Assembly: GCA_963811165.1 (NCBI GenBank)
Contig: CAWEQH010000010.1
Coordinates: 1,024,001 to 1,088,000 of the forward strand
Direction of reading: 5' to 3'
DNA from: an uncultured Nitrospiraceae bacterium
Lineage (GTDB): Bacteria > Nitrospirota > Thermodesulfovibrionia > Thermodesulfovibrionales > UBA6898
Length of the DNA stretch: 64,000 nt
Part shown: in pieces, positions 20,960 to 30,587 of the stretch
How the letters are laid out: the number at the start of each line of letters is the position of its first letter
How positions within the stretch are numbered: position 1 is the first letter of the stretch
Made by a program: the position numbers and the translations under genes
The notes under the pieces: generated by a model
Databases searched by the model: none
What the model was told of the DNA's origin: nothing
What the model saw: the letters and a program-made list of their open reading frames with translations, nothing else

Positions 20960-22075
20960 ATGTCTTCAGAAGGGGGGATGCCTTGGATGTTTATCATGAA
21001 AGAGTTTTATCTGTTCGGAATGGTCATGGTTGCTTCAACTGTTTTGGGTTTGAATGCATGGGCTGAGATGCCGAAAATTACGGGCAACCCGGTCATCGAT
21101 ACCCCGCAGCTGCTGGATTGGCCGGCTGACCAGGGGATTGTTACTCCTAACTTAAACGATCCGACCTCAAATACTTTATTTGACTTGCACGGCATTATCT
21201 CGTCCTGCGACCTGGTGCTTTCCACGGAGGGAAACTACCACCCCGCCCTGCGTGACGTATGGCCGCTTTTTCTGGAAAAATTCAAGGACCGGCCGCTCCA
21301 TAACTGCTTTTATACCACGAGTCCGCCGATTGTTATTGAGCAGATTAAGAATCATACACTGGAGTTAGGAAATCTGTATATCACCTGTATACCATCGGTT
21401 GCCGTTGCATCGAGGCTCGTCATGGATAAATTGATTCAAGCAGGATATGCTGACGGACCTGTTTACCCGCTCTACCGGGATCGCGGCGCGGTAATTCTGG
21501 TTAAGAAAGGGAATCCGAAAGAGATTCGTTCCGTCTGGGACCTCGGGCGTAAAGACGTGCGGTTTGTGACGCCGAATCCGAAGTTGGAGCCTGGCGCGTT
21601 CGAGAATTATCTCACTACCTTATACGGCATCGCGGTTCACGACAAGAAGCCCCCGAAACAGATGTCTGCTGAAGAACTGATTAACAATATTTTTAACAAT
21701 GCCGACGGTGATTCTTACAAATGGCTGGCCGGCGCACGCATCCATCACCGCGATCTCCCCTGGTCTGTCGCTTATGGCAAGGCGGATGCCGCAATAATTC
21801 TCTACCATCTGGGGTTGTTCACCCTGCAGACATTTCCAGACATATTTGATATCGTACCGCTCGGCGGCACGATTGATGATCCGCATCCGCTGGAAGGAAC
21901 AATGATCAGCACACGTTTCGTGGTCCGCGTCAAGGGAAATTGGTCGGCACTGCAGCTCGAAGCCAGGGAAAAACTGGTTGAGACGCTCTTGTCGGGCGAC
22001 TTTTCGAAGATACTTAAAATGCGCGGCCTCTATCGGCCCGAAGGGTTCACACCGATAGAAGGTGGAGAGAAGTAG
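20960..22075 (+). CDS. Exported oxyanion (ModA-like) substrate-binding-domain protein
   Basis: Signal peptide, GNYH, ILVKKGNPKEIRSVWDL, IHHR..P..VA.GKADAA. Confidence 0.7.
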   Translation: MSSEGGMPWMFIMKEFYLFGMVMVASTVLGLNAWAEMPKITGNPVIDTPQLLDWPADQGIVTPNLNDPTSNTLFDLHGIISSCDLVLSTEGNYHPALRDVWPLFLEKFKDRPLHNCFYTTSPPIVIEQIKNHTLELGNLYITCIPSVAVASRLVMDKLIQAGYADGPVYPLYRDRGAVILVKKGNPKEIRSVWDLGRKDVRFVTPNPKLEPGAFENYLTTLYGIAVHDKKPPKQMSAEELINNIFNNADGDSYKWLAGARIHHRDLPWSVAYGKADAAIILYHLGLFTLQTFPDIFDIVPLGGTIDDPHPLEGTMISTRFVVRVKGNWSALQLEAREKLVETLLSGDFSKILKMRGLYRPEGFTPIEGGEK

Positions 22076-22100
22076 TTCCTATGACTACGACGCGAATCCC

Positions 22101-22823
22101 TCATTTGCCTTCCTGAATTCCAGCCTTTCTCCCGATAGTTTTCACAAATTCCTCTGTCGTCACCACCGTAGCCTGTCGAGGAAAGACCTTCTCTGTCAAC
22201 ACACGCTGAACCTCTTTATCCATATCGGCGCAGGCATCGGAAATAACAAAGAGCTTGTAGTCCATGTCAGCAGCCCAACGCACGGTGGAAAGGACTACTC
22301 CGCTTGAGGCGATGCCAAATAATACGAGCGTATCAATATTTTTAGCACGTAGGATCGTTTCTAAATCGGTGGAGGTGAAGGCTCCCACGCGGCGCTTGGT
22401 AACCACTATGTCGCCCGGCTGAGCTGCGACCTTGGGATGTATCTCGGCTCCCGGAGTGCCTTCGCGCAAGCGTCCGGATTCTTTGAGGCCGGCAAAAAGC
22501 TTGTTCTGCAGACTGATCTCGGGGAAGCCGTCCCGAAACCGAACGACGACATAGATGACAGGCAGACCTGCTTTGCGCGCTTCCTTGAGGATGGCACCAG
22601 CATTCTCCAAAAGAGGTGTTTGTTCCTTCACCGGGAGCATGCCTACGATGTCGGTTTGGTAGTCCATAATCAGAACCGCGGTCCTGGCACTGTCAAAAGC
22701 AAGCTTGTCCTGCGTCTGAATCTTCTTCCCCTCTTGTCTGTCGGCAGCTAAAACTGGGGTGACCGATGAAATCAAAAACACAGCCAATAGGGCTACCGTC
22801 AATGAGATCCTGATGATGCGCAT
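22101..22823 (-). CDS. Isochorismatase-family hydrolase with N-terminal signal peptide
   Basis: TAVLIMDYQ, VVTKRRVGAF..TDL, GIASSGVVLST, SDACAD. Confidence 0.88.
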   Translation of the reverse strand: MRIIRISLTVALLAVFLISSVTPVLAADRQEGKKIQTQDKLAFDSARTAVLIMDYQTDIVGMLPVKEQTPLLENAGAILKEARKAGLPVIYVVVRFRDGFPEISLQNKLFAGLKESGRLREGTPGAEIHPKVAAQPGDIVVTKRRVGAFTSTDLETILRAKNIDTLVLFGIASSGVVLSTVRWAADMDYKLFVISDACADMDKEVQRVLTEKVFPRQATVVTTEEFVKTIGRKAGIQEGK

Positions 22824-23196
22824 GGATTTGTCCTCCTTCTATTTGAAACAACATATCTTGTTTCGATGTAGTCCTCTTATAACATCTATGAGCAAATGAT
22901 TTTAATCTCTCCTCTTCCATAGCAGTTTAGCATTATTTTGTTGCATCAATCGTTTTTTTTCGAATGCTTCCTCCGCACAATCAGCCACCATATCAGACAT
23001 GCTGATTTCTTTCGGAATCAAATGCTGTGAAGAGCGGCCATCCATCATGGCGCCCCCTTCGCCTAAATGGGCACCCCCCTAGACTATCCCCCCGGATTGT
23101 GCTATAAATCAACCGGTATGTAAGGGTTTGTATAACCGTGTATTAACCGCCTTATCCCAACAGGGAGTAGTTTTGTGGCGGTTCTTGACAGAGACA

Positions 23197-23240
23197 GCCG
23201 GGCAGCCAAAGGACAGGGTCTTTGGGACACCCAGCTTTTT
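23197..23240 (+). terminator. Terminator-like hairpin in a 5' leader (possible attenuator)
   Basis: GCCGGGCAGCCAAAGGAC-agg-GTCTTTGGGACACCCAGC-TTTTT; imperfect stem about 80 nt before ATG 23323. Confidence 0.45.
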
Positions 23241-23322
23241 ATCTGACTTGTTTTCGGGGGACAGATGTGATCCGTCAATTCAAGACAGGTTCTCCCGCAT
23301 TACTGAAAGGAGGTACGGGGAG

Positions 23323-24375
23323 ATGAAACAGAAAGGGTTGCTCATTTGTTTGTTCGTTGTCGTGGTCACAATGATGAGTGCAGGGAACGCCTCCGCGCTC
23401 ATAAATCTGTTTTGCGATCCGTTCGGTTGCCAGGTCGACGCTGCCATGATCGCGGACACTGCCAGGGGGCTCTCATGCACCGGGTGCGTGACGTCTACGA
23501 TGATACAGAATATGCCGCTGAGCCTGAGCGTAGGCAGCACGAATCCGATCATCTCAGCAACAAACACGAACTCCACGCAGGATGCAACAGGAGTGCTTGG
23601 GTATGCAAAGGCAACGAGCGGAAACACTAGGGGCGTTTCAGGCTTGAGCGATTCCATCGCAGGCATAGGCGTGCTTGGGCATACAACTGCAACGACAGGA
23701 ATCAACGCAGGCGTTTCAGGCGAGAGCGATTCCAACTCAGGCACAGGCGTGTTTGGGCAAACACCTGCGACGACAGGAAACACCACAGGTGTTTCAGGCG
23801 AGAGCTACTCCATCTCAGGCACAGGCGTGTTTGGGCATGCACCTGCAACGACAGGAAACACCACGGGCGTTTCAGGCGAGAGCGATTCCATCTCAGGCAT
23901 AGGCGTGTTTGGGCATGCACCTGCAACGACAGGAAACACCACAGGCGTTTCAGGACAGAGCAATTCCCCCAGCGGTTATGGGGGCCACTTCGAGAACTCT
24001 AACGGTGGTAAGGCCCTCGGGGCACAGGTGAACTCCACGGAAGTCATGGACGTTGACCTCAACGGCGTGCACGCGGGGCCCGGCATGACACCGACACCTA
24101 TTGCGCACGGCTTCTTCGACAATGTATCTGGCTCCCGTCTATCCGGCAGCAGCAACATCACGTGCTCATGGGACAGTGCCAACCTTTGGTACGCCTGCAC
24201 GATCTCGGGCGAGAACTTCTACTTTCAGTCATACACGGTCAACGTGACGCCGACTTCGCTGGCCATCCCTGTCACCGGTAGCGCGAATAACCAGTTGCTC
24301 GTACAGTTTTACGATATATTTGGTACGCGGGTGAAGCCCGGAAGCGGCTTTTCAGTTACGGTATTTAAGCAGTAG
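23323..24375 (+). CDS. Secreted Gly/Ser/Thr-rich repeat protein
   Basis: Signal peptide ending ASA, then 26-aa repeats GVSGESxSxSGxGVFGHAPATTGNTT. Confidence 0.85.
   Translation: MKQKGLLICLFVVVVTMMSAGNASALINLFCDPFGCQVDAAMIADTARGLSCTGCVTSTMIQNMPLSLSVGSTNPIISATNTNSTQDATGVLGYAKATSGNTRGVSGLSDSIAGIGVLGHTTATTGINAGVSGESDSNSGTGVFGQTPATTGNTTGVSGESYSISGTGVFGHAPATTGNTTGVSGESDSISGIGVFGHAPATTGNTTGVSGQSNSPSGYGGHFENSNGGKALGAQVNSTEVMDVDLNGVHAGPGMTPTPIAHGFFDNVSGSRLSGSSNITCSWDSANLWYACTISGENFYFQSYTVNVTPTSLAIPVTGSANNQLLVQFYDIFGTRVKPGSGFSVTVFKQ
23632..23960 (+). repeat. 78-bp in-frame tandem repeat (4+ units)
   Basis: GG(C/T)GTTTCAGG recurs at 23632, 23710, 23788, 23866 and 23944. Confidence 0.93.
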
Positions 24376-24810
24376 GGAATCTGACAACTGGCAAGTTTGA
24401 AAGACAAGCCATTTGAGACGGACAACGCAGGGAACGCCCAATTTCCCCAGGGGGCGATGGATGCAAATCGCCATATGGGCGCAATTCGACGGCACTCCCG
24501 CTAAATCTGGGCGAATCCCTATAGCCGGTAGGATTGCAGATGGGCGGGCCGTTTCGGTTCGCCCGGTTTGTTTCGATAATCCGCAAGAGTCCCCTTGGTT
24601 TTGCACTCAAGACTTGTCAGTAATCGGCAAATTGTCCCTGCGCATTTCCGACAACAAACAACAATACGATCAGTCGGCCAGCCGGTTCCGGCTCCTGTGC
24701 GCATCATTATCGCCCACTCATCGCTGAAGCGTTTGTTTGTGAGCGCAGCCCAAGGGCCCGACCCATGTTCCCTGTGCTGATGACACCAAACGCATATCCC
24801 CTTCTTATAG

Positions 24811-25191
<381 letters not shown>

Positions 25192-25213
25192 ATCTGCTCC
25201 TTTTTTCGGGATA

Positions 25214-25678
25214 TCATATCCACTCTTCCTTTACTATTTCACCCTGAATTCCGACCACTGCGTACTTGATCGGGACTTTTCTTACGGAATCCCGGGCGGC
25301 TTGTTGCGCAATTCTCAAAAGACCCGAACAGCACGGTACCTGCATGATGAGAATCGTCAGGGTATTTATCCTGGCCTCATCGATCCAGCTCTTTATCTTT
25401 TCATAATAAACTTCCTGCTCGGAATCGAGTTTGGGACACGCGATGGCAACTGATTTCCCTCTGAGGTAATCGGAATGAAAATTACCCATTGCATATGCGA
25501 CGCAGTCGGCGGTGAGAAGCACATCCGCGCCTTGGTAATAAGGGGCAGTCGGTGAAACCAGGTGCAGTTGAACCGGCCACTGTCTGAGCTGGGAACTGAT
25601 TTTTGCGGTGGACGCATTATTTTCATTGCCGATTGTTCTCAAATCCGCCATCGTTGATCCTGGGCATCCTTTAAACAT
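25214..25678 (-). CDS. Cys-rich protein matching the C-terminal domain of hcp-associated Fe-S oxidoreductases
   Basis: GCPGS, SQLRQWPVQLHLV.P.APY, ADCVAYA, IACPKLD, MQVPCCSGL. No N-terminal 4Fe-4S dicluster. Confidence 0.8.
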   Translation of the reverse strand: MFKGCPGSTMADLRTIGNENNASTAKISSQLRQWPVQLHLVSPTAPYYQGADVLLTADCVAYAMGNFHSDYLRGKSVAIACPKLDSEQEVYYEKIKSWIDEARINTLTILIMQVPCCSGLLRIAQQAARDSVRKVPIKYAVVGIQGEIVKEEWI

Positions 25679-26474
25679 TTATCATTTCCTCCTTATACTT
25701 GATGATTTCTTCCATTTCTTTTACAAACTTCTCCTGATGTGAGGAGACCTCCCTGAATTGCATGTCGGTCGCCGCGAATTGGGAGAAGAGCTGTCCGACC
25801 TGGGACATAGAAAGTTTTTCGTCCATCCAAGGGTAGAGCACCTCGTCTTCTTTCTTTATGTGCGCGGTGAGAAGTTCACGGTAGGCCAAGAGATGGGCCG
25901 TTATTTCCTCGTTGTCATTCTCTTCGATCGCCTCGAGCACAGCCTTAACGTGGCCTCTGCCAATCTTGTGCTCCTGATTCATCGCTTTAAGAATCTCGAG
26001 ATCTGAATCGAAGAGCCCGAAGAGAATATCTTCCTCTTTCGCGTGATGGAATTTATCCGCATAAGAACGGATGAAGCCTACAACGCCCAGGATTCTCCTC
26101 CTGTCTTCCCCGATCGAAACATCAAGGCCCTCCAGAATGCTCGGGATAAGGGCGAGCATCCTCTTGATGACCGAATGTTCGTCCACCAGCGATTGCATCG
26201 GCGGGGAATATTTAAAAGTTTCTTTTCTGGCACCTGTCTTTCTCTTTATCGTCGGTATCTCCACCCGCCTGCCCGGAAATATAATTTCAGCCATCCGGGT
26301 CAATAAATCACGTTCCTGCTCGCAGGAGAGCCCGTGGACTTCCACAACATCCTTCAAAAGACAGGTCCCGACACTGCATGTAATACAGGAGATCCCCCCG
26401 GCAGAGAGGATCTCGCCTACCTCTGGGTGCTCTGTAATCACTTCTTTGATTCCCTTCGACAAGTATTGCTCCAT
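25671..26474 (-). CDS. Hemerythrin-like (HHE) domain protein with N-terminal CxxC(x4)C domain
   Basis: CITCSVGTC; EH..I, HHAKEEDILF, EH..GR, HIKKEDEVLYP. RBS GGAGG. Confidence 0.88.
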   Translation of the reverse strand: MEQYLSKGIKEVITEHPEVGEILSAGGISCITCSVGTCLLKDVVEVHGLSCEQERDLLTRMAEIIFPGRRVEIPTIKRKTGARKETFKYSPPMQSLVDEHSVIKRMLALIPSILEGLDVSIGEDRRRILGVVGFIRSYADKFHHAKEEDILFGLFDSDLEILKAMNQEHKIGRGHVKAVLEAIEENDNEEITAHLLAYRELLTAHIKKEDEVLYPWMDEKLSMSQVGQLFSQFAATDMQFREVSSHQEKFVKEMEEIIKYKEEMINV

Positions 26475-26539
26475 TTTTTTCCTCCTAAGCAATTTATTCA
26501 AGTGTATGGTCCAGTTTATGATGCCGGAGAAATTCGTGC

Positions 26540-26555
26540 TATGACGTATGTCATA
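26540..26555. promoter_or_regulatory. CRP/FNR-family (HcpR-like) box at a class II position
   Basis: TATGA-N6-TCATA palindrome centred 29.5 bp upstream of a minus-strand TAAACT -10 hexamer (26518-26513), i.e. about -41.5. Confidence 0.65.
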
Positions 26556-26835
26556 ATTGCCTCATTCTTTTTGGAATCGCCCGCCACTGCTGGGTTTTAT
26601 CCATTACGACTCCACCGCAATGGGATTTTGTACTGTTTGGAAAATGCATTTCCTCAAAAGAAGGCAGAAATACCGTCATATAAATTCAAGCCGTTGCAAA
26701 TCCATAGAGGTAACTTTCTTTTTTGCAACAGAACTATCCTGATTGCATGTATAATCTGAAATATATTGAGTTTAGCGGGCGTCAAATGAATACCGGTTCC
26801 AAAAGCTTATTCTTTTACCTGAAAGGAGACAGAAA

Positions 26836-28263
26836 ATGAATATTGCCCCGAAGACAAAAGTGAATGAGCTTCTTGCTAAATACGAATTCCTCAAGGACTT
26901 TCTGATAAATATGGACCCTCACTTCAAGGCGCTCGACAACCCGCTGCTGAGAAAGACACTCGGAAAGGTGGCAACCTTGAGCAAGGTTGCCATGGTGGGT
27001 GGTGTAGACATCAATAAACTCCTGAGCGGGATAGCGCAGGAGATTAAGAAGCAGACAGGAGAAGATATCACCATAGATGGAGAGGACAGGCCTGTGGTGA
27101 TAACAGACCCTGAACAGAGGATTGTAGCGCTTAAGGAGATCATAGAGGACCTGCACAGGGGAGTTGAAATCAAGGTCTTGAAGAAACGGTTCCTCGAACT
27201 CATCAGGGATGTTGCGCCCACTGAGATTGCGCATATGGAACAGCGGCTCATCAGTGAAGGTATGCCTGAGGAAGAGGTCAAAAGACTCTGCGACGTCCAT
27301 GTGGAGGTATTCAGGGAATCTTTGGAGGATAAGGTCGTGCCGGGTTTACCTGCAGGCCATCCCGTGCATACCTACATGCTCGAAAATCGCAAAGCAGAGG
27401 CCATTTTAGGCCGAATACAGGCAGTGCATGATATACAGAAAGAAAGAGAACAGCTTGCGGGATTTCTTGAGACCCTCTCTGACATAAACCTGCATTACGT
27501 CAGGAAGGAAAACCAGCTTTTCCCGATACTTGAGGTCCACGGCGTCTCGGGCCCCTCAAAAGTCATGTGGGCTCTTCATGACGATATACGCCAAATGCTC
27601 AAAGAGGTCACAGCCAGGGTCGGGGAAGGAACATCAACACCAAAGGAGATTCAGGCCCTCATCCATATGGTCAATGACATGATCTACAAGGAGGAGCATA
27701 TACTCTTTCCTATGGCGCTTGAGACCCTTGGGGACAGTGACTGGGCAAAGGTGAGGGAAGGAGAAGAGGAGATAGGGTATGCGTGGGTCCAGCCGCCAGT
27801 AGTATGGAAGCCCGCATCAGAGCCCTATCAGGAGAATATCCCTGATGACAAGGTCGGCAGCCTTACGCTGGATACAGGCTTGCTGACAGCAGAGCAGATC
27901 AATCTCATGCTTATGCACCTGCCTGTTGACATATCATTCGTAGACGAAAATGATAAGGTCGCCTATTACTCCCAGACGGAGGACAGGATATTTCCGCGCA
28001 GTCCGGGAATCATCGGCAGGAGTGTTCAGAACTGCCATCCGCCCAGGAGCGTACATGTTGTTGAGAAGATCCTGCAGGAGTTCAAGGCAGGCAACAGAGA
28101 CAGCGCTGAGTTCTGGATACAGATGAAGGGCAGGTTCATCCATATACGATATTTCGCCGTGCACGACAACAGCGGCAAGTACAGGGGGACACTTGAGGTC
28201 AGCCAGGATGTCACGTCTATCAGGGGGCTGGAGGGAGATAAAAGACTCCTTGACTGGGACTGA
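26836..28263 (+). CDS. DUF1858/DUF438-hemerythrin-PAS domain protein
   Basis: EIA.MEQ.LI.EG..EEVKRLCDVH, GHPVHTY..EN, HY.RKENQLFP, KEEHILFP, FPRSP.IIGR.VQNCHPP.S. Confidence 0.9.
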   Translation: MNIAPKTKVNELLAKYEFLKDFLINMDPHFKALDNPLLRKTLGKVATLSKVAMVGGVDINKLLSGIAQEIKKQTGEDITIDGEDRPVVITDPEQRIVALKEIIEDLHRGVEIKVLKKRFLELIRDVAPTEIAHMEQRLISEGMPEEEVKRLCDVHVEVFRESLEDKVVPGLPAGHPVHTYMLENRKAEAILGRIQAVHDIQKEREQLAGFLETLSDINLHYVRKENQLFPILEVHGVSGPSKVMWALHDDIRQMLKEVTARVGEGTSTPKEIQALIHMVNDMIYKEEHILFPMALETLGDSDWAKVREGEEEIGYAWVQPPVVWKPASEPYQENIPDDKVGSLTLDTGLLTAEQINLMLMHLPVDISFVDENDKVAYYSQTEDRIFPRSPGIIGRSVQNCHPPRSVHVVEKILQEFKAGNRDSAEFWIQMKGRFIHIRYFAVHDNSGKYRGTLEVSQDVTSIRGLEGDKRLLDWD

Positions 28264-28309
28264 GGAACAATACAGATAAGACAAGAAATAGCTCTTTACC
28301 AGTGGGCGG

Positions 28310-28325
28310 CATGATGTAGCTCATG
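28310..28325. promoter_or_regulatory. CRP/FNR-family (HcpR-like) box upstream of nrfH
   Basis: CATGA-N6-TCATG palindrome followed by TATAAT at 28343-28348. Confidence 0.55.
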
Positions 28326-28461
28326 CCTGAAATGACAGCTTGTATAATAATCCCGGCTTGATATACTGAAATTATAGGTTGGACCATACATATGAACTTT
28401 GCAGAATAAGCGAAGGTCATGCATTGAATCCCGGGCTATATTCTCACATGGGGGTGGAGAT

Positions 28462-28926
28462 ATGAGCACTGAAAAATCCAAAAAGGTCATTAAGTATCTT
28501 TTTATTTTTATAGTCGTCGGAACCACGATATTTTTCTTCCTGCTCCTGGGTCCGCCAAAGCTGCTTGCGAGGTCCGAGGCACCCATTTTCTGCGGGGGTT
28601 GCCACGTCATGGAATCGGAATTTGAGTCGTGGTCTCACGCGGGTGCGCACAGAAGAAAAAAATGCGTTGACTGCCATCTGCCAAACCATAATATGCTCAT
28701 TCACTACATCTGGAAGTCGATCGACGGAATGAAGGATGTGGGGTTCTTTTTCTCCGGTCTGGCGCCCGAGCGGATCAAAATCACAGAACACGGGAAAAAG
28801 GTCCTGCAGGCAAACTGCATCCGTTGCCATGAAACAACGGTAGATATGATAAACCAGGAACGACCGTGCTGGGATTGCCACAGGAGGATCGCACACACGC
28901 GCACTGGTTCAATTTCAACATTATGA
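28462..28926 (+). CDS. nrfH: Cytochrome c nitrite reductase small subunit (tetraheme NapC/NirT family)
   Basis: N-terminal TM helix; CGGCHVM, CVDCH, CIRCH, CWDCH; directly upstream of nrfA. Confidence 0.93.
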   Translation: MSTEKSKKVIKYLFIFIVVGTTIFFFLLLGPPKLLARSEAPIFCGGCHVMESEFESWSHAGAHRRKKCVDCHLPNHNMLIHYIWKSIDGMKDVGFFFSGLAPERIKITEHGKKVLQANCIRCHETTVDMINQERPCWDCHRRIAHTRTGSISTL

Positions 28927-28943
28927 CAGAAAGGGGGTTTCCG

Positions 28944-30431
28944 ATGAGAAAAAGATTTTTTTTAAGACTGGCTCCGTTTCTGGCGATAATGGCGACCATA
29001 GTATTTTTGTCTGCATGCCAGAAGCCGAAGCCGCAACCGGTCAAGACCGTTCAGATACCCGACGGAGAAGTAGATCCGGAGGTGTGGGGTAAAGCCTATC
29101 CTGCGGAATATGAACTCTGGAAGAAGACCGAGGAACCAGCACCTGCCGGTAAGAGCAAGTACAAGAGAGGGTTTACCACCGACAGGATCACCTATGACAA
29201 GCTTTCCGAATTCCCGTACATGGCACTCCTTTTCAATGGCTGGGGGTTCGGGGTTGAGTACAATGAGCCGCGCGGGCATGCAAATATGCTCCGCGACCAG
29301 CTCGAAGTCGATCCTTCGAGGGTCAAGGCTGGCGGCGCCTGTCTCACATGCAAGACGCCCTATGCCCCAAGGTTTGTAAAGGAGAAAGGCCTCGATTACT
29401 TCTCGAAGCCTTACCTGGAGGTGCTCAATTGGATCCCGGAGAAGCACAGGAAGCTGGGAGTAGCCTGTATTGACTGCCATGATAATAAAGACATGTCACT
29501 GAAGCTTTCGAGGGACTTCACCCTCATCAAGGCATTACAGAGTATGGGTGTTGATCCGCTAAAGCTGTCCCGGCAGGAGATGCGGTCAGCTGTCTGCGCC
29601 CAATGCCATGTCACCTATATGGTCCAGAAAAACCCTGAGATGCATTCGATAAATGTCATATTCCCCTGGGAAGGAAGCAAATGGGGCAATATCTCAATCG
29701 AGAACATCATCAGAAAACTCAGGAGTGATGAGTCGTACAAGGAATGGACACAAGGAGTTACAGGCTTCAAGCTGGCCTTCATCCGCCACCCCGAGTTCGA
29801 ACTGTTCTCGAATAACAGCGTACACTGGAAGGCAGGCGCTGCGTGCGCTGACTGTCATATGCCGTATACTATTGTCGGGGCAAGCAAGGTCTCTGACCAT
29901 CGCGTGATGAGTCCGGTCAAAAACGACTTTAAGGCCTGTCAGCAGTGCCACACCGAAAGCCCCGACTGGCTGAGAGACCAAGTGACTGCCATCCAGGACA
30001 GGACCGTCTCACTCATGCTCCGCTCCGGCTATGCCACGGCGACTGTTGCAAAGCTCTTTGAGATAGCACACAAGGCTCAGGCGGAGGGCAGGCAGATCGA
30101 CAAAACACTCTATGACAAGGCCAAGGACTTCTATGATGAAGCATTCTACCGTGTTGTCTTTGTCGGCGCAGAAAACTCCATCGGCTTTCATAACCCCACA
30201 GAGGCCACAAGAATCCTCGGGGATGCAACTGCCTTTGCAGGCAAAGCGGAAGGGCTGCTCAGACAGGCGCTCACCAAGGCCGGCGTCAACGTGCCGATGG
30301 TCGTGAACCTCGAGCTGAATAAATACCTGGACAACAGGGGACAAAAGAAACTCAAGTTCCAGAAGGGGGTCGAAATCAAGGACCCCTATGGCATTGAGGA
30401 AAGACTCTTGATGGTGGAACAAACAAAATAA
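28944..30431 (+). CDS. nrfA: Ammonia-forming pentaheme cytochrome c nitrite reductase
   Basis: Lipobox LSAC, YNEPRGH, catalytic CLTCK plus CIDCH, CAQCH, CADCH, CQQCH, AENSIGFHNP. Confidence 0.96.
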   Translation: MRKRFFLRLAPFLAIMATIVFLSACQKPKPQPVKTVQIPDGEVDPEVWGKAYPAEYELWKKTEEPAPAGKSKYKRGFTTDRITYDKLSEFPYMALLFNGWGFGVEYNEPRGHANMLRDQLEVDPSRVKAGGACLTCKTPYAPRFVKEKGLDYFSKPYLEVLNWIPEKHRKLGVACIDCHDNKDMSLKLSRDFTLIKALQSMGVDPLKLSRQEMRSAVCAQCHVTYMVQKNPEMHSINVIFPWEGSKWGNISIENIIRKLRSDESYKEWTQGVTGFKLAFIRHPEFELFSNNSVHWKAGAACADCHMPYTIVGASKVSDHRVMSPVKNDFKACQQCHTESPDWLRDQVTAIQDRTVSLMLRSGYATATVAKLFEIAHKAQAEGRQIDKTLYDKAKDFYDEAFYRVVFVGAENSIGFHNPTEATRILGDATAFAGKAEGLLRQALTKAGVNVPMVVNLELNKYLDNRGQKKLKFQKGVEIKDPYGIEERLLMVEQTK

Positions 30432-30443
30432 TCTCCCGGAAGA

Positions 30444-30467
30444 AGTCGGGGCCGAAAGGCCCCGACT
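30444..30467 (+). terminator. GC-rich hairpin after nrfA
   Basis: AGTCGGGGCC-GAAA-GGCCCCGACT perfect stem; weak U-tract. Confidence 0.65.
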
Positions 30468-30587
30468 CCCCCTCCTTGGAAATTATCTTTTTTAGGGCAG
30501 TCTGAAATATCCCCTGCAACGTTTCGATTGGCGACATTCTTGGCGTGTATGACGCGATCCATTCAGCCCCTGCGCAGGGCCTCTTTA

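Noticed and set aside
23632..23960. CRISPR-like periodicity
   Set aside because: Units are contiguous in-frame coding repeats without unique spacers; no cas genes.
24488..24575. Minus-strand GEMM-like words (GGGCGAACCGAAAC...TAGCGGGAGTGCCG)
   Set aside because: P2 and junction do not fit the consensus, and there is no downstream gene on that strand.
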